A stretch of 64,000 nucleotides of DNA, taken from Cyclobacteriaceae bacterium. Its GTDB lineage: Bacteria; Bacteroidota; Bacteroidia; Cytophagales; Cyclobacteriaceae. How positions within the stretch are numbered: the stretch's first letter is position 1; each line of letters begins with the position of its first letter. A program made the position numbers and the translations under genes. The DNA lies in assembly GCA_031395485.1 (NCBI GenBank), contig JANNUS010000012.1, forward strand, positions 149,142 through 213,141. The letters are read 5' to 3'. Positions 1 to 7,727 of the stretch are shown here, one piece after another. Under the pieces are notes generated by a model that worked only from the letters and a program-made list of their open reading frames with translations, was not told the DNA's origin and made no database searches.

Positions 1-1
1 C

Positions 2-2362
2 AGCAATGGCGTTAATACAAAGTACTTAGCCAACAATCGGCTTCAGTCCGTAAAGCAAACCTTCTTCTGGGCCGATGAAAACAATCGCAACACAACAGAC
101 CTAACCGCCTTTGCTGCTGCGTTTCTAAACACCAACCATCTTGGTAAATTCATTTCGCACTACGTGGTAATGAATGAAACGTTTAAAAACATGATGGTGC
201 TGCGGCCTTACCAATACTTTGCTACAGAAGCTATCATTAGGCAAGTTAGCACGAGCAACGAAAATGGATACATCTGGCACACTACGGGATCAGGTAAAAC
301 CTTAACTTCTTTCAAGGCCAGTCAGATTGTAATGGATTTGCCCCACGTGCACAAAGTGGTGTTTGTGGTAGATCGTAAAGACCTGGACTACCAGACCATG
401 CAGGAGTTCAACAGTTTTAAGAAAGGAAGTGTTGATGTTACGGATGATACCCGGTCGCTGGTCAAGCAACTCACCGATGAAACGAAGCTAGTACTCACCA
501 CCATTCAGAAGTTGAACAATGCCATCACCAAAGCGCATTACGAAAATCAATTAGCGCATTTAAAAGACAAGAAAATCGTTTTTATTTTTGACGAATGTCA
601 TCGCAGCCAGTTTGGCGAAACACGTGAGCGCATCACCAACTATTTTCAGAAGAGCCAGTTGTTCGGCTTCACCGGCACACCCATTTTTGCCGATAATGCC
701 AACAAGAATGAATTGGGCAAACGCACCACTAAAGATTTGTTCGGCAACTGCCTGCATAAATATGTAATCACCGATGCCATTCGCGATCAGAACGTACTGC
801 GCTTTGGTATTGAGTACGTAGGCAAGTACAAGCAAAAAGGAAATACTTTAATTGATATTGAGGTTGAGGATATTGATAAGAGTGAGGTATTGAATGATAC
901 CAGGCGACTGGAGAAAATTGCAGATTACATCATTGCTTACCACGGCCAGAAAACATTTAACAAAGAATACTCCGCGCTGTTTGCTACTACCAGCATTGAT
1001 ACCTTAATTAAATACTACGAGATATTCAAAAGAAAGAAACTGGCAGGCGAGCATGACTTACGCATTGCCACCATCTTTACCTTTGGCACCAACGAAGAGG
1101 ACGATGCAGCAAACGATTCGTTGCCCGATGAGGAATGGTCGATGGCTGCCGAGCCTGAAGCATTTTATAAACCAAGTCACAGCCGCGATAAATTAGAAGA
1201 GTTCATTGGCGACTATAACAAGCAATACGGCACTGCGTTTTCAACGAAGGACAGTCAGCAGTTTGAAAATTACTTCAAAGACATCAGCAAGCGATTAAAG
1301 GAAAGAGAGAAGGAAAGTTTCAATGATGAAAAAGATCGGCTGGATTTAGTGTTGGTCGTCAACATGCTGCTCACCGGTTTTGATGCCAAGAAGGTAAATA
1401 CACTTTATGTAGATAAAAACTTAAAGCATCACGGCTTGATTCAAGCCTTTTCAAGAACCAACAGAACATTGGGCGAACAAAAATCGCAAGGCAATATTTT
1501 ATGTTTCCGCAATCTGAAAGCAGCCACCGATACGGCCATCACACTTTTCTCAAACAAGGAAGCAATTGAAGAAATCATTTTGCCTCCGTATGAATCGATT
1601 GCCGGAAAGTTTGAGGAAGCATTAAACAATCTGTTAACGCTGGCACCCACCTGGCAAAGCGTTGATGAGTTAATAACCGAAGAACAGGAGCTTGCTTTTG
1701 TACAAGCTTTCCGGGCTTTGTTGCGCGTGAAGAATGTGTTGGCCTCTTACACCGATTTCAATTGGGCAGATTTAGGCATCGATGAACAAACCTTTGAAAA
1801 CTACAAGAGTAAATACCTTGATCTATACGATAAGGTAAGGCAAGACAATACCAAACAAAAGACCTCTATACTCGAAGATATCGACTTTGAACTGGAACTC
1901 ATTCACCGCGACCTGATCAATGTAGTCTACATTATAAAACTGTTGGCCAAGTTGAAGCAAGCTAAAACCAGCGAAGCCCAAAAGCAGAAGAAGGCAATAA
2001 TAGATTTGATAGGAGGTGATGTGCAGCTACGAAGCAAACGTGAGCTGATTGAAAAATTCATCGAAGAGAATCTCCCGCACATCGATGATGCCGACAACAT
2101 CCAGGATGAATTCGAAAAATACTGGCAAGATCAAAAAGTACTTGCCCTCGCAAAACTCTGCGATGATGAGCATTTAGACAAAGAGCAATTCAAAGCCTTA
2201 ATCGATACCTACATCTTCAATGGTCAAGACCCCTTGCGTGATGAAGTGTTGAAGTGTTTGGGCGATAGACCGAGTATTTTACAAGCGCGTGAAATAGGGG
2301 AAAGGATTATCAGTAAGATGAAGGAGTATGTAGAAGTATTTGTGATGGGGATGGTGGCGTAG
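2..2362 (+). CDS. hsdR: Type I restriction enzyme R subunit (HsdR); 5' end lies outside the window
   Basis: The frame stays open from base 2 through the listed ATG at 164. SF2 helicase motifs are present: TGSGKT (I), FDECHRSQ (II), FGFTGTP (III), QAFSRTNR (VI). A long helical C-terminal region is typical of HsdR. Confidence 0.9.
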   Translation, partial: SNGVNTKYLANNRLQSVKQTFFWADENNRNTTDLTAFAAAFLNTNHLGKFISHYVVMNETFKNMMVLRPYQYFATEAIIRQVSTSNENGYIWHTTGSGKTLTSFKASQIVMDLPHVHKVVFVVDRKDLDYQTMQEFNSFKKGSVDVTDDTRSLVKQLTDETKLVLTTIQKLNNAITKAHYENQLAHLKDKKIVFIFDECHRSQFGETRERITNYFQKSQLFGFTGTPIFADNANKNELGKRTTKDLFGNCLHKYVITDAIRDQNVLRFGIEYVGKYKQKGNTLIDIEVEDIDKSEVLNDTRRLEKIADYIIAYHGQKTFNKEYSALFATTSIDTLIKYYEIFKRKKLAGEHDLRIATIFTFGTNEEDDAANDSLPDEEWSMAAEPEAFYKPSHSRDKLEEFIGDYNKQYGTAFSTKDSQQFENYFKDISKRLKEREKESFNDEKDRLDLVLVVNMLLTGFDAKKVNTLYVDKNLKHHGLIQAFSRTNRTLGEQKSQGNILCFRNLKAATDTAITLFSNKEAIEEIILPPYESIAGKFEEALNNLLTLAPTWQSVDELITEEQELAFVQAFRALLRVKNVLASYTDFNWADLGIDEQTFENYKSKYLDLYDKVRQDNTKQKTSILEDIDFELELIHRDLINVVYIIKLLAKLKQAKTSEAQKQKKAIIDLIGGDVQLRSKRELIEKFIEENLPHIDDADNIQDEFEKYWQDQKVLALAKLCDDEHLDKEQFKALIDTYIFNGQDPLRDEVLKCLGDRPSILQAREIGERIISKMKEYVEVFVMGMVA

Positions 2363-2432
2363 GAATAATTAAATGTCCGATAAATGTGACTTTAATGGCC
2401 TGGAATACAATATTTTACATATTTTTACGGTG

Positions 2433-2452
2433 AGTTTAGTTATAACTAAACT
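2433..2452. promoter_or_regulatory. Perfect 20-nt palindrome AGTTTAGTTATAACTAAACT; candidate operator of the toxin-antitoxin module
   Basis: The sequence is self-complementary over all 20 nt and ends 3 nt before the toxin ATG at 2456. HTH antitoxins commonly autoregulate through such palindromes. Confidence 0.4.
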
Positions 2453-2455
2453 ATA

Positions 2456-2848
2456 ATGAATAGATTTGCGTTAACTAAGATATCTCAAGTTAAGGGTCAG
2501 ATTCAATTCTGCAAGCTCATTATCGATGGAGTCTGTCAGTTTGATGAATTCTGCCTTGAAATTGAGAAAGATGGGAATCTGAGTAAACAATTGAGCACAA
2601 TTTTTAGCCGGATGGATCAAGTAGCTGGAATGAAGCTTTTGCCAAAGGAAAAATTTAGAGATATAACACCGAAAAAGAGAAATGTTAAAGAGTTTGAAAT
2701 TAAAACAAAAGACCTCCGGGTCTACCTCATCAAAGAAGAGGGACATATTGTAATTCTGGGTGGTAAAAAGAGTACCCAATCAGAGGATATAAAACATTTC
2801 AGATCAATTAAAGATCGCTACTTACAATCTAAAAAATTATTACCATGA
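2456..2848 (+). CDS. RelE/ParE-superfamily toxin, Gp49/HigB-like
   Basis: 130 aa. The C-terminal pattern EFEIKTKDLRVYLIKEEGHIVILGGKKSTQSEDIKHF is typical of Gp49-like addiction-module killers. The toxin-first order and the ATGA overlap with the downstream HTH gene fit HigBA-type modules. Confidence 0.65.
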   Translation: MNRFALTKISQVKGQIQFCKLIIDGVCQFDEFCLEIEKDGNLSKQLSTIFSRMDQVAGMKLLPKEKFRDITPKKRNVKEFEIKTKDLRVYLIKEEGHIVILGGKKSTQSEDIKHFRSIKDRYLQSKKLLP

Positions 2849-3252
2849 AAAGCCGTGAGGAACTACTTCAATCTCCTGAGTATTGGTTCGAGGAAGCGCA
2901 AAATGAACTTTACCGACAAGTAGTTGACTATAAAGAGAAAATGGGTATCAATCAAACCCAGCTTGCTGAGAAGTTAGGGGTGAGCAAGGGTTACGTTTCC
3001 CAAGTATTAAAAGGTGAATTTAATTATACTTTAAAAAAGTTAATTGAGCTCTCATTAGCTGTTGGTAAAATTCCACAAATAGAATATAAACCTATTGAGC
3101 AAGTTTTACTTGAGGATAACAATACTCAATATCTTAAAGCTGAAACGTTCGATTCTACTAAACCAAGTATGACTATCCAAAAAACTAGTGTTGAAGCTCC
3201 TATTCAAACTTCAAAAGACTCAGTGTTTATCCTATTTGCCGAAGCAGTATAA
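2845..3252 (+). CDS. XRE-family helix-turn-helix antitoxin with an extended C-terminal tail
   Basis: HTH signature INQTQLAEKLGVSKGYVSQVLKG. The start overlaps the toxin stop (ATGA). About 45 residues follow the HTH domain and end in hydrophobic SVFILFAEAV. Confidence 0.75.
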   Translation: MKSREELLQSPEYWFEEAQNELYRQVVDYKEKMGINQTQLAEKLGVSKGYVSQVLKGEFNYTLKKLIELSLAVGKIPQIEYKPIEQVLLEDNNTQYLKAETFDSTKPSMTIQKTSVEAPIQTSKDSVFILFAEAV

Positions 3253-3270
3253 TTTTGAATATTGCAAACT

Positions 3271-3729
3271 ATGAGTGATACTCCCCAAATATTTTGGTCT
3301 ATTAAGGAAATCAAGGAAATTGAATTTTTTGTAGACGAGTTCAGTAAATTAGAATCAACTCTTGATTATAATTATAACGTAGACCTTCGCCCAGCTTCGG
3401 CTGAGGATGCAGTTCGTATGACCATTACGGCTACTTATATGAAAACAGGTACAAGTGATATTCTTATGAAAGGAAAAATCATGACTGTATTTCTAATAAG
3501 AGACTTAAAATCAATGGCAAGAATAAACGAAAATGGTACTGAAGAAGTTGATTTGCCAGAACCGTTATGGATAGCGTTGTTTAGTATTGCGTTTACCCAT
3601 GCGAGAGCCATTCTTGCAAGGAGTTCTGCAGGAACAAAGTACAGTCATATGATTTTACCACCAATAAATCCTCAAACCGAATTCAAAAAGCTTTTTGGGC
3701 CATTTTTGAAGAAGGGGCGGTTCGTTTAA
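3271..3729 (+). CDS. Hypothetical protein; SecB-like chaperone candidate
   Basis: 152 aa from ATG 3271, or 155 aa from TTG 3262, on the same strand just after the antitoxin. By eye it follows the SecB layout: alternating strands FWSIKEIKEIEFFV / VRMTITATY / IMTVFLIRDL, helix LWIALFSIAFTHARAILARS, then ILPPINPQTEF. Not verified by profile search. Confidence 0.4.
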   Translation: MSDTPQIFWSIKEIKEIEFFVDEFSKLESTLDYNYNVDLRPASAEDAVRMTITATYMKTGTSDILMKGKIMTVFLIRDLKSMARINENGTEEVDLPEPLWIALFSIAFTHARAILARSSAGTKYSHMILPPINPQTEFKKLFGPFLKKGRFV

Positions 3730-3865
3730 TTGGACTCTTTACTAATCTTTGCTAACGATTTCATAACTTATATTTTATAACAAAAGCTTATCAATAGCCA
3801 ATTACAGTATGCGGATGCATTTTAACGATTTATTTACTGTTCAAAATAACATGATCACCCTCAAG

Positions 3866-3892
3866 CTATCCTGAGTTTGCAACTCAGGATAG
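3866..3892. terminator. Hairpin between convergent genes (12-bp stem, 3-nt loop)
   Basis: CTATCCTGAGTT-TGC-AACTCAGGATAG lies between the plus-strand stop at 3729 and the minus-strand stop at 3906. Confidence 0.5.
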
Positions 3893-3905
3893 GGTCGTAA
3901 TTAAT

Positions 3906-4967
3906 TCAATGACTAATTTTAATTAGATAGTCGGCAATTTCTCTCGTCTCTTCGTTTGACAAAGTAGGTTTAAAATATCCGATGTATCCAAGCAGTTCAT
4001 CTAAAGTCAAAATTTTCACGTATTGAAATTCTTCCGTTGGCTTGTGGTTTATCAGAACAATAAGGTTTCGTATTGGAATTTTTCTTTCGCCCCAATGATG
4101 CTGATCAAGTTTAAAATGGGAATTACCAGAGAGTATTTTAAATAATGCATAGTTTGTCCTTTTTATCTGTTCAACAGGAGAGCGCAGACTTAAATTTTTT
4201 AATGATTCTTTGCTCCAGTTTTTTGTCTCAATAAGAAAAATACCAGCAGGTGAAATCAACAGATGATCGATTTGAATAGTTTTTATATAACTCTTCTCTT
4301 GACTATAATAAGTGGCTTTGGGAAAGGAATAGGAGAAGTCATTAATCAAAATGTATTCATCTGATAATGTTTCTAATTCCTTAGCTACTTTCTGTTCTCC
4401 TATAGCGCCATAAATAAAAGAATTGATCTCATCAATGACTCTTTTTTTTTGGTCTAGCTCATGTAAGGCAAGACCACTGCTTTCTGTAATTGCAACTTCA
4501 AAGTTTGAAACAAGGTATTGGTAGCGTGTGCGTTTTTTATCGAGCATGTTAACCTTAGGCTGAACAGAGGATGTGATGTTTGAATGAGAAGTCAGTTCCT
4601 TGTATTTGATCTTGATTAAGATAAAGAGAGCTTTAAAACTGTACGTGAACTCTTGAATAAAACTTTTGTGCGATTCCGCCAGCGCATCAAACTGCTGTCT
4701 TAACTCCTTAACTTCGGCATGCAATTTCTGCTGAATTTCTGTTTTATCATTCGTGACTTCATTCTCTAATTGTAAAATTCCTGCGCTTAAATTATTTCTT
4801 TCTTCTGTCAGCAAAAGCTTTTGATTGGACGTAAGTTGCTCTCGGGCAGTGGAGTAATGATTTTGAAAGGATATTAGTTCATCTAAGGAATTGAAGTCAA
4901 GTTTATTTTGAAGTAAATGTGCCTTGATTGTGGTAAGAGAGCCAACAGGGTTATAGACTTTGCACAT
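3906..4967 (-). CDS. NERD (nuclease-related) domain protein with a coiled-coil N-terminal half
   Basis: The C-terminal half has the NERD signature GAIGEQKVAKELETL...IDHLLISPAGIFLIETKNW. The N-terminal ~190 aa are heptad-rich (LQLENEVTNDKTEIQQKLHAEVKELRQQFDAL). Confidence 0.8.
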   Translation of the reverse strand: MCKVYNPVGSLTTIKAHLLQNKLDFNSLDELISFQNHYSTAREQLTSNQKLLLTEERNNLSAGILQLENEVTNDKTEIQQKLHAEVKELRQQFDALAESHKSFIQEFTYSFKALFILIKIKYKELTSHSNITSSVQPKVNMLDKKRTRYQYLVSNFEVAITESSGLALHELDQKKRVIDEINSFIYGAIGEQKVAKELETLSDEYILINDFSYSFPKATYYSQEKSYIKTIQIDHLLISPAGIFLIETKNWSKESLKNLSLRSPVEQIKRTNYALFKILSGNSHFKLDQHHWGERKIPIRNLIVLINHKPTEEFQYVKILTLDELLGYIGYFKPTLSNEETREIADYLIKISH

Positions 4968-5031
4968 AGTTGCTTGTCGAATTGCTAAGGTAAGCCCTTG
5001 GTTAATTAAATCAAATGAACAAATAGCGAGA

Positions 5032-6537
5032 TTATTTCAGGCTACTTAAATACTCAAGTATTCTAACCATCGCCAGCGTATCTAATTCACAATACGCTAA
5101 TAACTGCTTTCGTTGTAGTTGCTTGGTTTCTTCATCTTGATACTTTAGCTGTGAATACACCAAACTGGCCATTCCACCTTCTTGTATTCCCAAAGCATCA
5201 TATCGTAACTCAGGAATTAGAACAGGTAAAACCTTTTTGATCGAGTAGCGACCTTTAAACTCCGGGTGATAATACCATCGCTTTTGAAAGGGGATCATTA
5301 GGTCTACGATGCGTTCATCTATTGCCAGAAGTGCATCTTCATGCTGAGGATAGATTTTTGAAAGATCATTAATTCGCGCTTTTTCAAAGCCCATATTGTA
5401 ACAGAGGATACTTCCTGCTTGTCCGAGTACTCTTATCACTTCCTCAATCAATGCTTTACGTGGATCAGTTACACCATCTCCAAGAAAAGCATGGTGTTCT
5501 ATTTCGGTTCCATTCTCACGTTGAATGTGCAATGAGAACTGAAAGGGTATTTGTTGATAAGGGCTACTAACATCAAACTCCGGGATGCCTGGCATGATTG
5601 TCTCAAAGTCAAAGAAGCATAACGGATAGGTGAGTGGTTTCAGAAATTTCTTTATCTCCTCACTGTTAATGTGCGTTTCACCAGAACGGTAGTGAGCGAG
5701 TTGCATAGCAACATTTCCATTCAAATCATAATCTTCAGGTATTTCATCAAGGTGTTTATAGCCCTCCTCATAGAGCTTCCACGCTGTTTTAGGTGCAAGA
5801 TCAAAAACCGAATCAACTTTTGGTATGTGCGACCAGCAATGATTTGTGAAATCACATTCGTATGGTTCTGAACAATGTGAACCAATATCCACCTGGGGTT
5901 CTTTCCTTTCAGCCAACAATGACTCTAGTTCAGGAACCTTATTTGTTATGAATTCCTGTTGTTCAAATACCTCATTTAAAACAGATTCTGTTGTAAACAG
6001 TTGATTGATATCGAGCTCACCATTTCTTGTATACTGATTGTTCAGGTAGATAATTGAAATGTCTTGAAGTGATATTCCGCAATTCGTAACGACAAAGTAT
6101 TGAAGAGCTGCGTCCTGTATGTGCTGTTGTTTTACCGAAGTAGTGCTCTTTACTTCAAAACCATACCAGCCATCTTTCTTTTTAACAAGAATATCCAGCG
6201 CACACAGCACGCCTTCAAATTGAAAGGCAGCTTCATAGATAATAGTTTCACCTTGCTCAATAAATTCTTTAGTCTTGGCTACGGAGAAATGGTATGAGTA
6301 GGAGTCAGGAGGAGTAGCATCAACACCGCCCGGAAAAAGACTTTGTGCAAGTTCACCGATACGTGTACCAGAATCAAAAATCGCTTGTCCCTGCTCATCC
6401 CGTGGATTCTTCAAGTCAGGTCTGAACTTATGCAGGAATAGGCGCTTAGGGCATTGACAGCCATACATAAAGGTGGACTTGGAGAGGGTGTGTTTCATAG
6501 CACTAAAATGTTTAATTATTTTGACAGACTGTGTCAT
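5032..6537 (-). CDS. DUF2779-type protein: Cas4/RecB-like PD-(D/E)xK nuclease fused to an RNase-H/DnaQ-like exonuclease domain
   Basis: N-terminus LSKSTFMYGCQCPKRLF. Nuclease core ALDILV...YGFEVKS plus QDAALQY, and Cys cluster CSEPYECDFTNHC. The C-terminal half has FFDFET...YQQIPFQFSLH, YNMGFE and YCELDTLAM. Confidence 0.8.
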   Translation of the reverse strand: MTQSVKIIKHFSAMKHTLSKSTFMYGCQCPKRLFLHKFRPDLKNPRDEQGQAIFDSGTRIGELAQSLFPGGVDATPPDSYSYHFSVAKTKEFIEQGETIIYEAAFQFEGVLCALDILVKKKDGWYGFEVKSTTSVKQQHIQDAALQYFVVTNCGISLQDISIIYLNNQYTRNGELDINQLFTTESVLNEVFEQQEFITNKVPELESLLAERKEPQVDIGSHCSEPYECDFTNHCWSHIPKVDSVFDLAPKTAWKLYEEGYKHLDEIPEDYDLNGNVAMQLAHYRSGETHINSEEIKKFLKPLTYPLCFFDFETIMPGIPEFDVSSPYQQIPFQFSLHIQRENGTEIEHHAFLGDGVTDPRKALIEEVIRVLGQAGSILCYNMGFEKARINDLSKIYPQHEDALLAIDERIVDLMIPFQKRWYYHPEFKGRYSIKKVLPVLIPELRYDALGIQEGGMASLVYSQLKYQDEETKQLQRKQLLAYCELDTLAMVRILEYLSSLK

Positions 6538-6568
6538 TTAATGATCGAATGCTCAATTCCCCAACTAT

Positions 6569-6590
6569 GGCGCAAGCGTCCGCTTGTGCC
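6569..6590. repeat. GC-rich hairpin repeat GGCGCAAGCG-TC-CGCTTGTGCC (REP-like); related copy at 9605-9638
   Basis: Near-perfect inverted repeat. The same stem sequence, in inverted loop orientation, recurs at 9611-9632. Confidence 0.6.
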
Positions 6591-6645
6591 TTACTTGATC
6601 TAAATCTGGTCTTGTGCTAAAGTATAAAAGCATTTAGTTTAAAGG

Positions 6646-6711
6646 ATGAGCAGAAAGTACAAGTGCAGAGACAATGAGAAATTGTATTCCCAATCAGGTG
6701 CTAGGCTGTGA
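6646..6711 (+). pseudogene. Possible relic of an IS200-like / REP-associated tyrosine transposase N-terminus
   Basis: A 21-codon ORF encodes MSRKYKCRDNEKLYSQSGARL*. Its first ~14 residues resemble the MSRKYKF.D.DKLYF N-terminus I recall for Bacteroidota Y1 (RAYT-like) transposases. It sits among hairpin repeats. Recognition is from memory only. Confidence 0.25.
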
Positions 6712-6752
6712 CGAGTGGCGTATATTCTTTCGGCATATTTTCTCTTCTCTGT

Positions 6753-6781
6753 AGAGTCTCCCGTCTCGGGGACTCTGGCGG
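6753..6781. repeat. 29-nt exact repeat AGAGTCTCCCGTCTCGGGGACTCTGGCGG (bulged hairpin); second copy at 11295-11323
   Basis: Identical 29-mers occur in two long intergenic regions. Each contains the inverted repeat GAGTC(T)CCCG / CGGGGACTC. Confidence 0.8.
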
Positions 6782-6854
6782 CAATCATTCTATTTCATCC
6801 GCAGCGTCCAGAAGCAGAGACGCTGCGAGGAATTGACGTTTGTCTTTACCAACA

Positions 6855-6884
6855 CTTCGTAATGTGACATATTAACCCGATCTT
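6855..6884 (+). promoter_or_regulatory. 30-nt conserved motif CTTCGTAATGTGACATATTAACCCGATCTT just upstream of a membrane-protein gene; paralogous copy at 11460-11489
   Basis: 26/30 identical to 11460-11489. Both copies lie downstream of the 29-nt repeat and 9-23 nt before a plus-strand ATG. Confidence 0.35.
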
Positions 6885-6907
6885 AGTTTTGCGCTAAAAT
6901 TGAATAC

Positions 6908-7630
6908 ATGAATTTGACAAGTCAATCTCAGGAATTTTCACCCATGAAGTACGCAAGAATAGGTGGCGTCATCTATCTGGTCATCATTATGGCTGGTATA
7001 TTTGGTGAAGTCTTTGTGCGCAATGCACTGGTGGTATCGGGAGATGCAGTGGCCACGGCCAACAACATTATGGCTTCTCCACTTCTTTGGCGCATGGGTA
7101 TTGGTGTCGATCTGATCATGCAGTTGTGTGATATTCCGTTGATCATGATTTTTTATGTGTTGCTAAAGCCAGTAAATAAAAACCTTGCATTGCTCAACCT
7201 GCTTTTTAATTTAATACAAACCGCTGTTTTGGTTGTCAATAAACTCAATCTTCTGATTCCTTTATTTTTACTTGGAGATGCAGATTATCTAAAAGCAATT
7301 GACCCTCTTCAACTTCAGTCGTTATCGTATATGTTTATTAAGTTACACGGCTATGGTTTTGGTGTTGGTCTCCTATTTTTTGGTTTTGTGTGTCTGGTGG
7401 AAGGTCATTTGATTTTCAGGTCTGGCTTTTTTCCCAAAGCACTTGGCTTGTTATTGCAAGTAGCGGGAGTATGTTACCTCACAAATAGTTTTGCAATGAT
7501 TATTGCTCCGAAATTGGCCAATGTGCTATTCCCATATGTTCTGATGCCTCCATTGGTTGCTGAACTGTCCCTTGCCTTGTGGATGGTTGTGAAAGGCGTA
7601 GACGTTTCCAGGTGGAAACAGGTGCGTTAG
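6908..7630 (+). CDS. DUF4386-family integral membrane protein
   Basis: Multi-TM protein. The N-terminal pattern KYARIGGVIYLVIIMAGIFGEVFVRNALVVSGDAVATANNI is typical of DUF4386. The start may instead be the internal ATG at 6944. Confidence 0.6.
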   Translation: MNLTSQSQEFSPMKYARIGGVIYLVIIMAGIFGEVFVRNALVVSGDAVATANNIMASPLLWRMGIGVDLIMQLCDIPLIMIFYVLLKPVNKNLALLNLLFNLIQTAVLVVNKLNLLIPLFLLGDADYLKAIDPLQLQSLSYMFIKLHGYGFGVGLLFFGFVCLVEGHLIFRSGFFPKALGLLLQVAGVCYLTNSFAMIIAPKLANVLFPYVLMPPLVAELSLALWMVVKGVDVSRWKQVR

Positions 7631-7727
7631 GTTGATAGTCAACGCACGAACGTGAATTTTCAAAATTTAAGTATGAGTAAGGACCTGGACAAAAAGTCAT
7701 CCCATTGGCTATATTTATAAATAGTTT

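Noticed and set aside
560-1650. Minus-strand ORFs 560-835 and 1441-1650 inside hsdR
   Set aside because: They are shadow ORFs antisense to a gene with complete helicase motifs.
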